This document shows positions 1 to 6,482 of a DNA stretch of 25,394 bases, one piece after another. A program made the position numbers and the translations under genes. The notes below the pieces were generated by a model. The model did not search any database. It had not been told where the DNA came from and saw nothing but the letters and a program-made list of their open reading frames with translations. This DNA is from a virus: the UHGV virus genome UHGV-1498341, one strand, 5' to 3'. Each line of letters begins with the position of its first letter. The stretch's first letter is position 1.

Positions 1-161
1 ATGTCAAGTCATATAATATATTTATATTAGCTAACTAATCTATAACCTAACAAATATTATACATAAACTAGACTAAATACTTAAAGTAATAAAAAAAATA
101 TTGGTCATCACCTTAAATAGGCAAAGACCGATATAACTACCACTAATACAACGAAATCATC

Positions 162-556
162 TTATTTGAAAATCATATTATATTTTTCAATATCTGGACT
201 ACTCATTTTAGCAGACTTTAAAGCACTACGAATATTACTCGCTTTATTTAATAGCTCAATAACTAGTTTATTATAATCAGCCTGAACAATGCTATCTGTA
301 GTCTTTAACTGCTCACTTAATCTCATCAGTTTACCAATACCGTCAGAAGTATCATCTTCAGCTTTATAATGCTCCTCTTTAGACTTCCAATATTCAATAT
401 TACAAATATCTTTGTAAATATCAATTAAAGCGCCAAGAGCATATAAGTTTCTTCATTGTAATACCTATATCTTTAAAATTTTCAAGCTCACTAATAACCA
501 TTGATTTAATATCATGTATAACTACCCCTGAAAGACTCAATAATGGATTCGACATA
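162..556 (-). pseudogene. hypothetical gene interrupted by an apparent +1 frameshift (not in the ORF track)
   Basis: ATG at 556 with RBS aggaggtg and a 7-nt spacer opens a 44-codon ORF that ends at a TGA at 421-423. The +1 frame is open from 452 to the stop at 162-164 (97 codons, ...YALGALIDIYKDICNIEYWKSKEEHYKAEDD...) with no start codon of its own. Confidence 0.3.
522..530 (-). repeat. motif copy (exact), in ORF-A of the frameshifted gene
   Basis: Plus-strand aaCTACCCCTGaa. Minus reading UCA GGG GUA gives S-G-V. Confidence 0.8.
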
Positions 557-573
557 TTACAACACCTCCTGAC

Positions 574-1074
574 TTAAAGAACCTCATCCAACTTACTTTG
601 TAATTCATTAACTTTAGACTCTAACTCACTAATTTTAGTTTTCATCTCATCATATAACTTTGTATTTTGTTCGCCGGTATCGCTCGGTTGACTTGCAGCT
701 ACAATTTCGACTGATAAATTTTTATCTTCAACAAAGCTATACGTTTGAATATTCGCAATACCAAGGTTATCTGTGCTTTTTACATAAAACTTAGAGTTGT
801 CAGAGTCCATTAGCAATACATTACTGTTCGGTCTAAGTCGAAAAGCCTTAGCCCCTTTCATACCATTTACAAAGGTTATATTTGTTTGTGCCTGAAAATT
901 TTGATTATTAAAGTTTGCATTTTTCTGAGCTAAATTGGCAGTATAACTATTATATGGAATGTAATTATTAAAACTCGGATTTTGCTGAAAATTATTAAAC
1001 ATTGAAAAATAACCTCCTAAGACCTCTTCATCTACCCCTAGTATAACAAAAATAGGAGAGTTAATCAATACCAC
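574..1074 (-). CDS. hypothetical protein with an N/Q-rich region and a C-terminal coiled coil
   Basis: 166 aa from a GTG start in the track. An alternative ATG at Met25 has an aggtgg RBS. Hydrophobic N-terminus, Asn/Gln-rich middle, heptad C-terminus (ISELESKVNELQSKLDEVL). Confidence 0.45.
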   Translation of the reverse strand: MVLINSPIFVILGVDEEVLGGYFSMFNNFQQNPSFNNYIPYNSYTANLAQKNANFNNQNFQAQTNITFVNGMKGAKAFRLRPNSNVLLMDSDNSKFYVKSTDNLGIANIQTYSFVEDKNLSVEIVAASQPSDTGEQNTKLYDEMKTKISELESKVNELQSKLDEVL

Positions 1075-1152
1075 TTAACTCTCCTATTTATACCAATATA
1101 TTCATACCTTAATACAAAATAAATACCAACAAACTACCAAAAAAGTATCATC

Positions 1153-1419
1153 CTAATGTGTATCCATATACAACTCAGCTGCACTCATTTTGCGGAGTGG
1201 TAAATCTTTACAGTATTTTTGGACATTATCATATTTCCATTTTAGTCTCTTAATAATTCTATTAACCTTACCTACTGAAATATTAAACTTTTCAGCTTGC
1301 TCTGATATTGTAAGACCTGCAACTCTTGTGCAGAGTATATCCTGCTCCTCTTTAGTTAAACAAGCTTCCTCAATAAAAGTCTCGACTATCTTTTTAGTCC
1401 AACATATTTGTTTTGCCAT
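1153..1419 (-). CDS. small HTH DNA-binding protein (sigma-70 region 4 / ArpU-like transcription regulator)
   Basis: 88 aa. LTKEEQDILCTRVAGLTISEQAEKFNISVGKVNRIIKRLKWK is a sigma-70 region-4 / LuxR-type helix-turn-helix. RBS taggagg. Confidence 0.55.
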   Translation of the reverse strand: MAKQICWTKKIVETFIEEACLTKEEQDILCTRVAGLTISEQAEKFNISVGKVNRIIKRLKWKYDNVQKYCKDLPLRKMSAAELYMDTH

Positions 1420-1440
1420 TATTTTTCCTCCTAACTAGAA

Positions 1441-1481
1441 AGAGGACAAAAGCTACCCCTGATTGGATGCCTTTATCCTCT
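1441..1481 (-). other. hairpin whose 21-nt loop displays the CAGGGGTAG motif, immediately upstream of the HTH-regulator RBS
   Basis: Arms agaggacaaa (1441-1450) and tttatcctct (1472-1481) pair on the minus-strand RNA with one G-U. The loop 1451-1471 holds an exact motif copy. Confidence 0.3.
1453..1461 (-). repeat. motif copy (exact), intergenic, in a hairpin loop
   Basis: Plus-strand agCTACCCCTGat in the non-coding spacer between the 67-aa and HTH genes. Confidence 0.8.
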
Positions 1482-1493
1482 GTTTAAACTAAA

Positions 1494-1697
1494 CTATTTA
1501 TTTTGCTTAAGTATATGAACTTTCCAATTGTAATCTACGTCATCAGTGAATACATTTAAACAGGTTTCGTAGTCATCCTCATAGTCAAGATTAAATCTGA
1601 CTTGAGGAGAACTACCCCTGATACGCTCAAAATCGTAAAAATTATTGAATTTGTAACCTACACTTTGAAAGTAGTTATTTAACTCCCAATTATACAT
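1494..1697 (-). CDS. small hypothetical protein
   Basis: 67 aa. Starts 10 nt after the endolysin stop. Confidence 0.45.
   Translation of the reverse strand: MYNWELNNYFQSVGYKFNNFYDFERIRGSSPQVRFNLDYEDDYETCLNVFTDDVDYNWKVHILKQNK
1612..1620 (-). repeat. motif copy (exact), in the 67-aa gene
   Basis: Reads AGG GGU AGU = R-G-S (frame 2). Confidence 0.8.
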
Positions 1698-1707
1698 AAG
1701 CTACTCA

Positions 1708-2796
1708 TCATTTAAGCAAAGCATTAACTCTTCGCTGAACCTCTTTGTAATTGTAACCAGCTGCCTCAAGACGAGATTTACGAGAACTACCATTTCCCCA
1801 TTTACCTTGGATAACTTCTCTGGCTATTGTATCGATAGACTTGCTAGGAGTCGAGCTTACTGAACCGCTATGACAAAGCCTATTAACTTCTGCCTGAACC
1901 TCTGAGTAATTGTATCCCTCAGCCTGAAGTCTATTCTTTCTATCTTCTCCATTTCCATAATCACCTCTCATTACAGCCTGAGCTACTTCAGTAATAGACT
2001 TGCTAGGTCTAGGTGCTGGTGCTGGCTGAGGTGCTGGTGCAGGTTTAGGTGCTGGTGCTGGAGCTGGCTTACTAGAAGAACCAAGTAACTCATTTACTTT
2101 TGCCTGAACAGATGAGTAAACGTAACCAGATGCCTCTAATCGTTCCTTTCGCTCTGAGCCATTTCCCCATTTACCATTGATAACTTCTCTGGCTACTTCA
2201 TCAAGCGATTTAACTGGAGCAGGATTGCTAGGAACTACCCCTGAAACGGAAGAACCACCTGAAGCACCAAGTAACTTATTTACCTCATCTGCTATATAAA
2301 ACATCTTTGACATTAAATATGCTCCTGGACAATCTTTATTTTTGAAATCCCTATGAACGGTCATGTTACAACCATTTCTATGATTGATACGGTCATCTTT
2401 ACTGTCAGACCATACTAACTTATTAATATTATTACGTTTACAAACATCTGCAACAAGTTTAATAAGAGAACTCATTGCTACCCCTGAAACATGCCAACCT
2501 GTATCAGCTCCACCGTCATTGGCTACTTCAATTGTAATAGCCCTCATATCATTAGCTTTATTAGAGCTACACCAACTTCTATCGGCTTCATCTACATAGC
2601 AACCTATACGTCCATCAGAACCTACTCCATAATTACTTGATGCCTTACGACTTGTAGGTGCGAAAACATTGGCACATGTCTCAATAGACAAGTTGCCTGC
2701 CATGCAATGTATCGTGATAGTATCAATAGCATGGTCTCTAGGTGAAGTCTTGTTAGGACTAATCTTTACATACTCTACTAAGCTTGAATAACTCAT
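1708..2796 (-). CDS. endolysin: N-acetylmuramoyl-L-alanine amidase (Amidase_2/PGRP) with three C-terminal CW_7 cell-wall-binding repeats
   Basis: 362 aa. The N-terminal domain has ITIHCMAG...CPG. A PAPAPAPKPAPAPQPAPAPRP linker follows. Three approximately 40-aa repeats (GKWGNGSERKERLEASGYVYSSVQAKVNELL, GDYGNGEDRKNRLQAEGYNYSEVQAEVNRL, GKWGNGSSRKSRLEAAGYNYKEVQRRVNALL) match the Cpl-7 CW_7 repeat. Confidence 0.9.
   Translation of the reverse strand: MSYSSLVEYVKISPNKTSPRDHAIDTITIHCMAGNLSIETCANVFAPTSRKASSNYGVGSDGRIGCYVDEADRSWCSSNKANDMRAITIEVANDGGADTGWHVSGVAMSSLIKLVADVCKRNNINKLVWSDSKDDRINHRNGCNMTVHRDFKNKDCPGAYLMSKMFYIADEVNKLLGASGGSSVSGVVPSNPAPVKSLDEVAREVINGKWGNGSERKERLEASGYVYSSVQAKVNELLGSSSKPAPAPAPKPAPAPQPAPAPRPSKSITEVAQAVMRGDYGNGEDRKNRLQAEGYNYSEVQAEVNRLCHSGSVSSTPSKSIDTIAREVIQGKWGNGSSRKSRLEAAGYNYKEVQRRVNALLK
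2011..2068 (-). repeat. hexanucleotide (ggtgct-type) microsatellite encoding the Pro-Ala endolysin linker
   Basis: aggtgctggtgctggctgaggtgctggtgcaggtttaggtgctggtgctggagctggc encodes PAPAPAPKPAPAPQPAPAPRP. Slippage-prone. Confidence 0.7.
2235..2243 (-). repeat. motif copy (exact), in the endolysin
   Basis: Reads S-G-V in SVSGVVPS (frame 1). Confidence 0.8.
2478..2486 (-). repeat. motif copy (exact), in the endolysin
   Basis: Reads S-G-V in HVSGVAMS (frame 1). Confidence 0.8.
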
Positions 2797-2832
2797 GATT
2801 TAATCCTCCTTGTGATAATTATTAAATATATT

Positions 2833-3117
2833 TTATATATATGTAAACAAGTATCCATACGTCTTATTTGAAATCATATGGTATGAATACTCGATTACTA
2901 CTCCTAATACGTTTCCTATCCTCGTATCATCGCCAACTACTACATTGTTTTCATTAGCTAACTGTGTTGTAACATTATTGACTAGACATTTAAAAAATGT
3001 ATCTAGCTCATCCTCATCTAGTAGACTCAACCAATTACTAGGATAGGACTTTAGATTGGTAACTATCCATGATTTTACATGTCTTTTAAATCGTGATAAC
3101 TTAAAACTTTCAAACAT
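2833..3117 (-). CDS. hypothetical protein upstream of the endolysin
   Basis: The ORF track starts at a GTG at 3126. The ATG at 3117 has a better RBS (taggaggtg, 6 nt spacer). A consensus sigma-A promoter lies just upstream. Confidence 0.5.
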   Translation of the reverse strand: MFESFKLSRFKRHVKSWIVTNLKSYPSNWLSLLDEDELDTFFKCLVNNVTTQLANENNVVVGDDTRIGNVLGVVIEYSYHMISNKTYGYLFTYI

Positions 3118-3141
3118 TATGGTCACCTCCTAATATGTAGT

Positions 3142-3170
3142 ATTATACCATAATTATTAGTTAAAGTCAA
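3142..3170 (-). promoter_or_regulatory. near-consensus sigma-A promoter: TTGACT-N17-TATAAT
   Basis: Minus strand. TTGACT at 3165-3170, spacer ttaactaataattatgg (17 nt), TATAAT at 3142-3147. Predicted start near 3135. Drives the small gene plus the endolysin. Confidence 0.7.
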
Positions 3171-3232
3171 TAACCATATTACTATTTAATTATTGGTTAC
3201 GAAGTGCTATAATTCATCTTATTGTTAAACTT

Positions 3233-3262
3233 AAAAAGACCAGCAACTTAACATTGCTGGTC
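3233..3262 (-). terminator. rho-independent terminator after accessory island gene 4
   Basis: Minus-strand RNA: gaccagca-auguuaagu-ugcugguc (8-bp GC-rich stem) followed by UUUUU (plus-strand A-run 3233-3237). Confidence 0.65.
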
Positions 3263-3294
3263 AAACTAGAATAGTTTATTATAAAACTTATACA

Positions 3295-3837
3295 TTATTT
3301 TGTCTTAATATCTAATACAACGCTGTAATCATCGTCTTTATTTATACAGCTTTTACCAAAAAGATGAACATCGTTAAATTTCAACTGATGGGCTACACCA
3401 TCTACATTTATAATGATTTTAGCATTACCAAAATCATAACCTATAGAAGCTACCCCTAAAGTTCTGGCATAAGCAAGCAACTCTCGTAAAGTTGTGTAAT
3501 CTTCTGTTTTAGGTGTGTAATCCTTTAAAATAAAAGCTAGGTTACCAGACATAAAAAATTCTCTAATTGGTATCTCAGAAAAGTCATAAAGCTTATCATC
3601 AATTTCAAAGAGTAACTCGTAGCAGAAATTTTCTTTCAAATTATTTATACAATATTGACTGAAATCTTTCATACTTGTAAAATCATAATCTTCATGTAGT
3701 CCTAGTATAATAACATTAGCAGTGTTAATCACTCCTAAAGGCTTTATACTATCTAAAACATAAGTCTTATCGTTTAAATTAAACTGCATTCCACCCTTAC
3801 GACACTGTATCATTTCAACAAAATCAAATAACTTCAT
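3295..3837 (-). CDS. hypothetical protein (accessory island gene 4)
   Basis: 180 aa. RBS aaaaggagg. Followed by an intrinsic terminator. Confidence 0.5.
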   Translation of the reverse strand: MKLFDFVEMIQCRKGGMQFNLNDKTYVLDSIKPLGVINTANVIILGLHEDYDFTSMKDFSQYCINNLKENFCYELLFEIDDKLYDFSEIPIREFFMSGNLAFILKDYTPKTEDYTTLRELLAYARTLGVASIGYDFGNAKIIINVDGVAHQLKFNDVHLFGKSCINKDDDYSVVLDIKTK

Positions 3838-3860
3838 ATTAATATCCTCCTTTTAATTGT

Positions 3861-3882
3861 TAGAGGGGAAAAATCCCCTCTA
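3861..3882 (-). other. perfect 9-bp hairpin between island genes 3 and 4, with no U-tract
   Basis: tagagggga-aaaa-tcccctcta lies between the stop at 3880 and the next RBS. It may be a processing or stability element or a partial attenuator. Confidence 0.4.
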
Positions 3883-4533
3883 AAACAATATCCTCTGCTC
3901 TACCCCTTTATTACGATAGAATTCCTCAACCTTTAATTTATTTGATTCAATCCAATCATCTTTAACTTCTTCTATGCATGAATCATATGGTATAAGCTGT
4001 TTTCTTAATTCATCAATATCATGAGCTGAAACATAAGTATCATACAAAGAAAACTCTTTAACAAATTTACCATGCTTTACGTTTTCACTTCTAGTGCAAA
4101 ACTCTAAGTAATTAGGGTCTGCACTTAGCTTCTTTAAAGGAGCTGTATCAATGACTACTCCTTTGTAGTAAGCATTATCACAACCTATATTCAACAACTT
4201 TGGTTGCATCTTACTTATAACACAATGATTGATTTCTAACCCTGACTGATACTTTTCAAAGGCTATTTTATCGGTTGCAAGCATTGTTAGCGCATACAAC
4301 TTAATCGGCATCCCTGAAATATAAACTTCAGGGTAAATACCTCCCTTACAAAAATGAACTGGGAGTTTCTGCATGTCACCTGCATTATTCATTTTATGCA
4401 CTACAAAAGTATTATCTACTTTATAAGTGCCATCAGATAACTCAAAAGTTGCTGATTTGAACGAGCCATCTGACTCAAACTCACGATGCATATTTGCATC
4501 GATTACTCCTAGCATTCTTAAAGTCTCACTCAT
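3880..4533 (-). CDS. hypothetical protein (accessory island gene 3)
   Basis: 217 aa. RBS aaggagg sits inside the upstream gene's 3' end, suggesting translational coupling. No motif recognised. Confidence 0.5.
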   Translation of the reverse strand: MSETLRMLGVIDANMHREFESDGSFKSATFELSDGTYKVDNTFVVHKMNNAGDMQKLPVHFCKGGIYPEVYISGMPIKLYALTMLATDKIAFEKYQSGLEINHCVISKMQPKLLNIGCDNAYYKGVVIDTAPLKKLSADPNYLEFCTRSENVKHGKFVKEFSLYDTYVSAHDIDELRKQLIPYDSCIEEVKDDWIESNKLKVEEFYRNKGVEQRILF

Positions 4534-4534
4534 T

Positions 4535-4828
4535 TTATTTGTCCTCCTTATTGATTAAATCTAAACTGTAACCTGCACTGATTGTTGATGCTAAAACCAT
4601 CAACTCATTCAACTCCTTCTTCAAACCCTTTATAAGGTCTGAAGATGCAACATCATGCTCACGCATAACATTATAAACTTCATCTTTATCATCTGACCAA
4701 AACAGGTCTTCAGATAATACCTTTTCTCTTGAGGTATTATACTTATCCTCAAGCTTTTCAACCTTTTGAACAAGAGGTTGTAACTGGCTTAAACCACTTA
4801 AAAATAACTCAACATTTTTGTTTAACAT
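4535..4828 (-). CDS. hypothetical helical protein (accessory island gene 2)
   Basis: 97 aa. Strong RBS aaaggagg. Its stop lies 1 nt from the next start. Confidence 0.5.
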   Translation of the reverse strand: MLNKNVELFLSGLSQLQPLVQKVEKLEDKYNTSREKVLSEDLFWSDDKDEVYNVMREHDVASSDLIKGLKKELNELMVLASTISAGYSLDLINKEDK

Positions 4829-4941
4829 TTTATTTTCCTCCTTTAATTGTTTAATAAATATATTTTTATATTAAATGCTAGAAGAAACACCTTATAAAAG
4901 ATATTCATCTTGAGGTGATAATATGATTTTTACTCCTCTAG

Positions 4942-4963
4942 CATTTCATACACAATATATTTT
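4942..4963 (-). promoter_or_regulatory. conserved 22-bp box, copy 1 (aaaatatattgtgtatgaaatg on the minus strand)
   Basis: 21 of 22 positions identical to copy 2. Lies 114 nt upstream of the island gene 2 ATG. A possible weak promoter (TTGTGT-N17-TAAAAA) overlaps it. A 12-bp inverted repeat (aaatgctagaag at 4873-4884, cctctagcattt at 4935-4946) flanks it. Confidence 0.4.
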
Positions 4964-4987
4964 CATATCATGTTTATGAAAACAAAC

Positions 4988-5467
4988 CTAATATTTGCAA
5001 GGTTCATCCTCACGAACCTTAAAGTCTGTTAGGTCTAATAAAGACCTCATCAAACTCTCCTCTACTTCTTTCGTTGTAAAATGTTCATAATCTACCTCAT
5101 ATGTAAGATATGAAGATACCTGCTCTAACAACGACTCCTTGAGCCATACAAACTGAGCATATTCATCTGGACTGAATACATCCAGACCTAACACATCATC
5201 AAGTATACTACAACTATGGTAGTATACTTTATCTTCAGTAGCCTGAAGATAAATCTTAAGGACTAATACTACCCCTGAGATTGAAACCTCTTTGTAAAAA
5301 GATATTTCTGTTATACCTTGATAATTTGTATCACTTCCATATGCCAATACCATACCATTAACTTCTTCAAACTTAGTAACTAAATAATCCATGCTACTAA
5401 ACATATTAATACTTCTGTGCTCTTTCTTAAACTCCTTGCTCTCAACTACTTTACTTGATAATCTCAT
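4988..5467 (-). CDS. hypothetical acidic protein (accessory island gene 1)
   Basis: 159 aa. Preceded by a 460-nt leader that is driven by a consensus promoter. Confidence 0.5.
   Translation of the reverse strand: MRLSSKVVESKEFKKEHRSINMFSSMDYLVTKFEEVNGMVLAYGSDTNYQGITEISFYKEVSISGVVLVLKIYLQATEDKVYYHSCSILDDVLGLDVFSPDEYAQFVWLKESLLEQVSSYLTYEVDYEHFTTKEVEESLMRSLLDLTDFKVREDEPCKY
5269..5277 (-). repeat. motif copy (exact), in island gene 1
   Basis: Reads ISGVVLVL (frame 1). Confidence 0.8.
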
Positions 5468-5610
5468 TTTTTTGTCCTCCTATAAAGATAATATTGTAAT
5501 AAGTCTTTGTATAATATAAAATGATATTCACTTTGTGGTGTGGAGTCTCACATTTGTTCAATTTAATATTCGTGAGGGGTAAGATTAAAACCATCGCCAC
5601 ATTGTTTATT

Positions 5611-5632
5611 CATTTTATACACAATATATTTT
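5611..5632 (-). promoter_or_regulatory. conserved 22-bp box, copy 2 (aaaatatattgtgtataaaatg on the minus strand)
   Basis: Lies 144 nt upstream of the island gene 1 ATG, inside the long leader. Candidate operator shared by the two island transcription units. Confidence 0.4.
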
Positions 5633-5933
5633 GAACTCAAGTAAGTGAAAAATAAGCTGATAAAATATATTTTTCATACTTACTTTATTCAGTTATACAA
5701 AGTATATTTTCATCTCAGTTAGTAGTAAAAATACCTTACAAAACATAAAAGTAAATATTTACTACCCCTTGGTTATGTAAAACATATTTTGATATTACAA
5801 ATACATAAAAATACATTATAAAGACAAAAAATAAGTGAGGCACACTACAAACTTGTAATGCACCCCACCTATCTTAAAGAGGACAATAAAATGAGAAGAA
5901 CATAAGGCAAAACCCTAAACTTATTACTCACTT

Positions 5934-5962
5934 ATTATAACATAAAACTAAGAAAATGTCAA
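5934..5962 (-). promoter_or_regulatory. perfect consensus sigma-A promoter: TTGACA-N17-TATAAT
   Basis: Minus strand. TTGACA at 5957-5962, a 17-nt spacer, TATAAT at 5934-5939. Begins 10 bp after the holin stop and points into the 460-nt leader and accessory island. Confidence 0.7.
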
Positions 5963-5971
5963 TACATCTAC

Positions 5972-6469
5972 TTATTCATTCTTATCTTTTATATTGAATG
6001 TCTTTTTAATCCAATTAACTACCTCTCTTGGTGTTGATTTATCTACACAATCAGATACCTGAACTAATATCTCTTTAACCCATTTAGGGAAAGGAACTCC
6101 AATATTAGCTAAATTTTCTAAAAGACTTATAAGCTCCTCAATACAGAACCAAATAACAACTAAAGTCCTTATTGATAATGATATGCCCCAAAACGTAGGT
6201 GTTTTTCCTGCTAAGTCTAGCAAACACATATCAACCTTCAATGCTATGAAAATAGCTAGGAAAATAAAGACCTTTCTCATAATTCCATTACGTAACTCAG
6301 TTGAACTTAAAGTCTTCTTCATGATAGCGTATACTACCCCTGAAATCATATCAACCAATATTAATGAGATTAGCAACTCAAGTGCTGAATCAAATCCACC
6401 TAATGCTGCAACTACAGTAGATATTACAACTGTAAAACTAGACTTGATGATAAATAATGCTTTATCCAT
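5972..6469 (-). CDS. holin (phage_holin_4_1 / holin_tox_secr, TcdE-phi105 type)
   Basis: 165 aa with three or four hydrophobic helices (VVISTVVAALGG, LLISLILVDMISGVVYAI, VFIFLAIFIALKV, LVVIWFCIEELISLL) and a charged C-terminus. Lies directly after the tail genes. Confidence 0.75.
   Translation of the reverse strand: MDKALFIIKSSFTVVISTVVAALGGFDSALELLISLILVDMISGVVYAIMKKTLSSTELRNGIMRKVFIFLAIFIALKVDMCLLDLAGKTPTFWGISLSIRTLVVIWFCIEELISLLENLANIGVPFPKWVKEILVQVSDCVDKSTPREVVNWIKKTFNIKDKNE
6334..6342 (-). repeat. motif copy (exact), in the holin
   Basis: Reads MISGVVYA (frame 1). Confidence 0.8.
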
Positions 6470-6482
6470 AATTTTATGCCTC

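Noticed and set aside
88-105. An A8/T8 run near the left edge, as a terminator tail
   Set aside because: No stable stem precedes it on either strand.
1190-1438. Plus-strand ORFs from the six-frame track (1190-1438, 2384-2599, 6183-6497, 8732-8965, 11140-11658, 12385-12954, 13252-13647, 14572-15315, 16258-16491, 20827-21048, 23493-23684, 24273-24614, 24784-25032)
   Set aside because: All lie antisense inside well-supported minus-strand genes. They have low-complexity Leu/Ser/Pro-rich translations typical of the opposite strand of AT-rich coding DNA. They have no RBS and no operon logic. I treat them as spurious.
5004-5578. A 9-bp inverted repeat (cctcacgaa at 5011 and ttcgtgagg at 5570) flanking island gene 1, as possible mobile-element ends
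   Set aside because: One arm lies inside the coding 3' end of the gene. There are no target-site duplications and no transposase. A 9-bp match is plausible by chance.
5468-5971. A possible tRNA or other structured RNA gene in the 500-bp non-coding stretch
   Set aside because: No T-loop (GTTCGAATCC-like) or cloverleaf-compatible segments were seen. The GC content is too low. I interpret it as a 5' leader instead.
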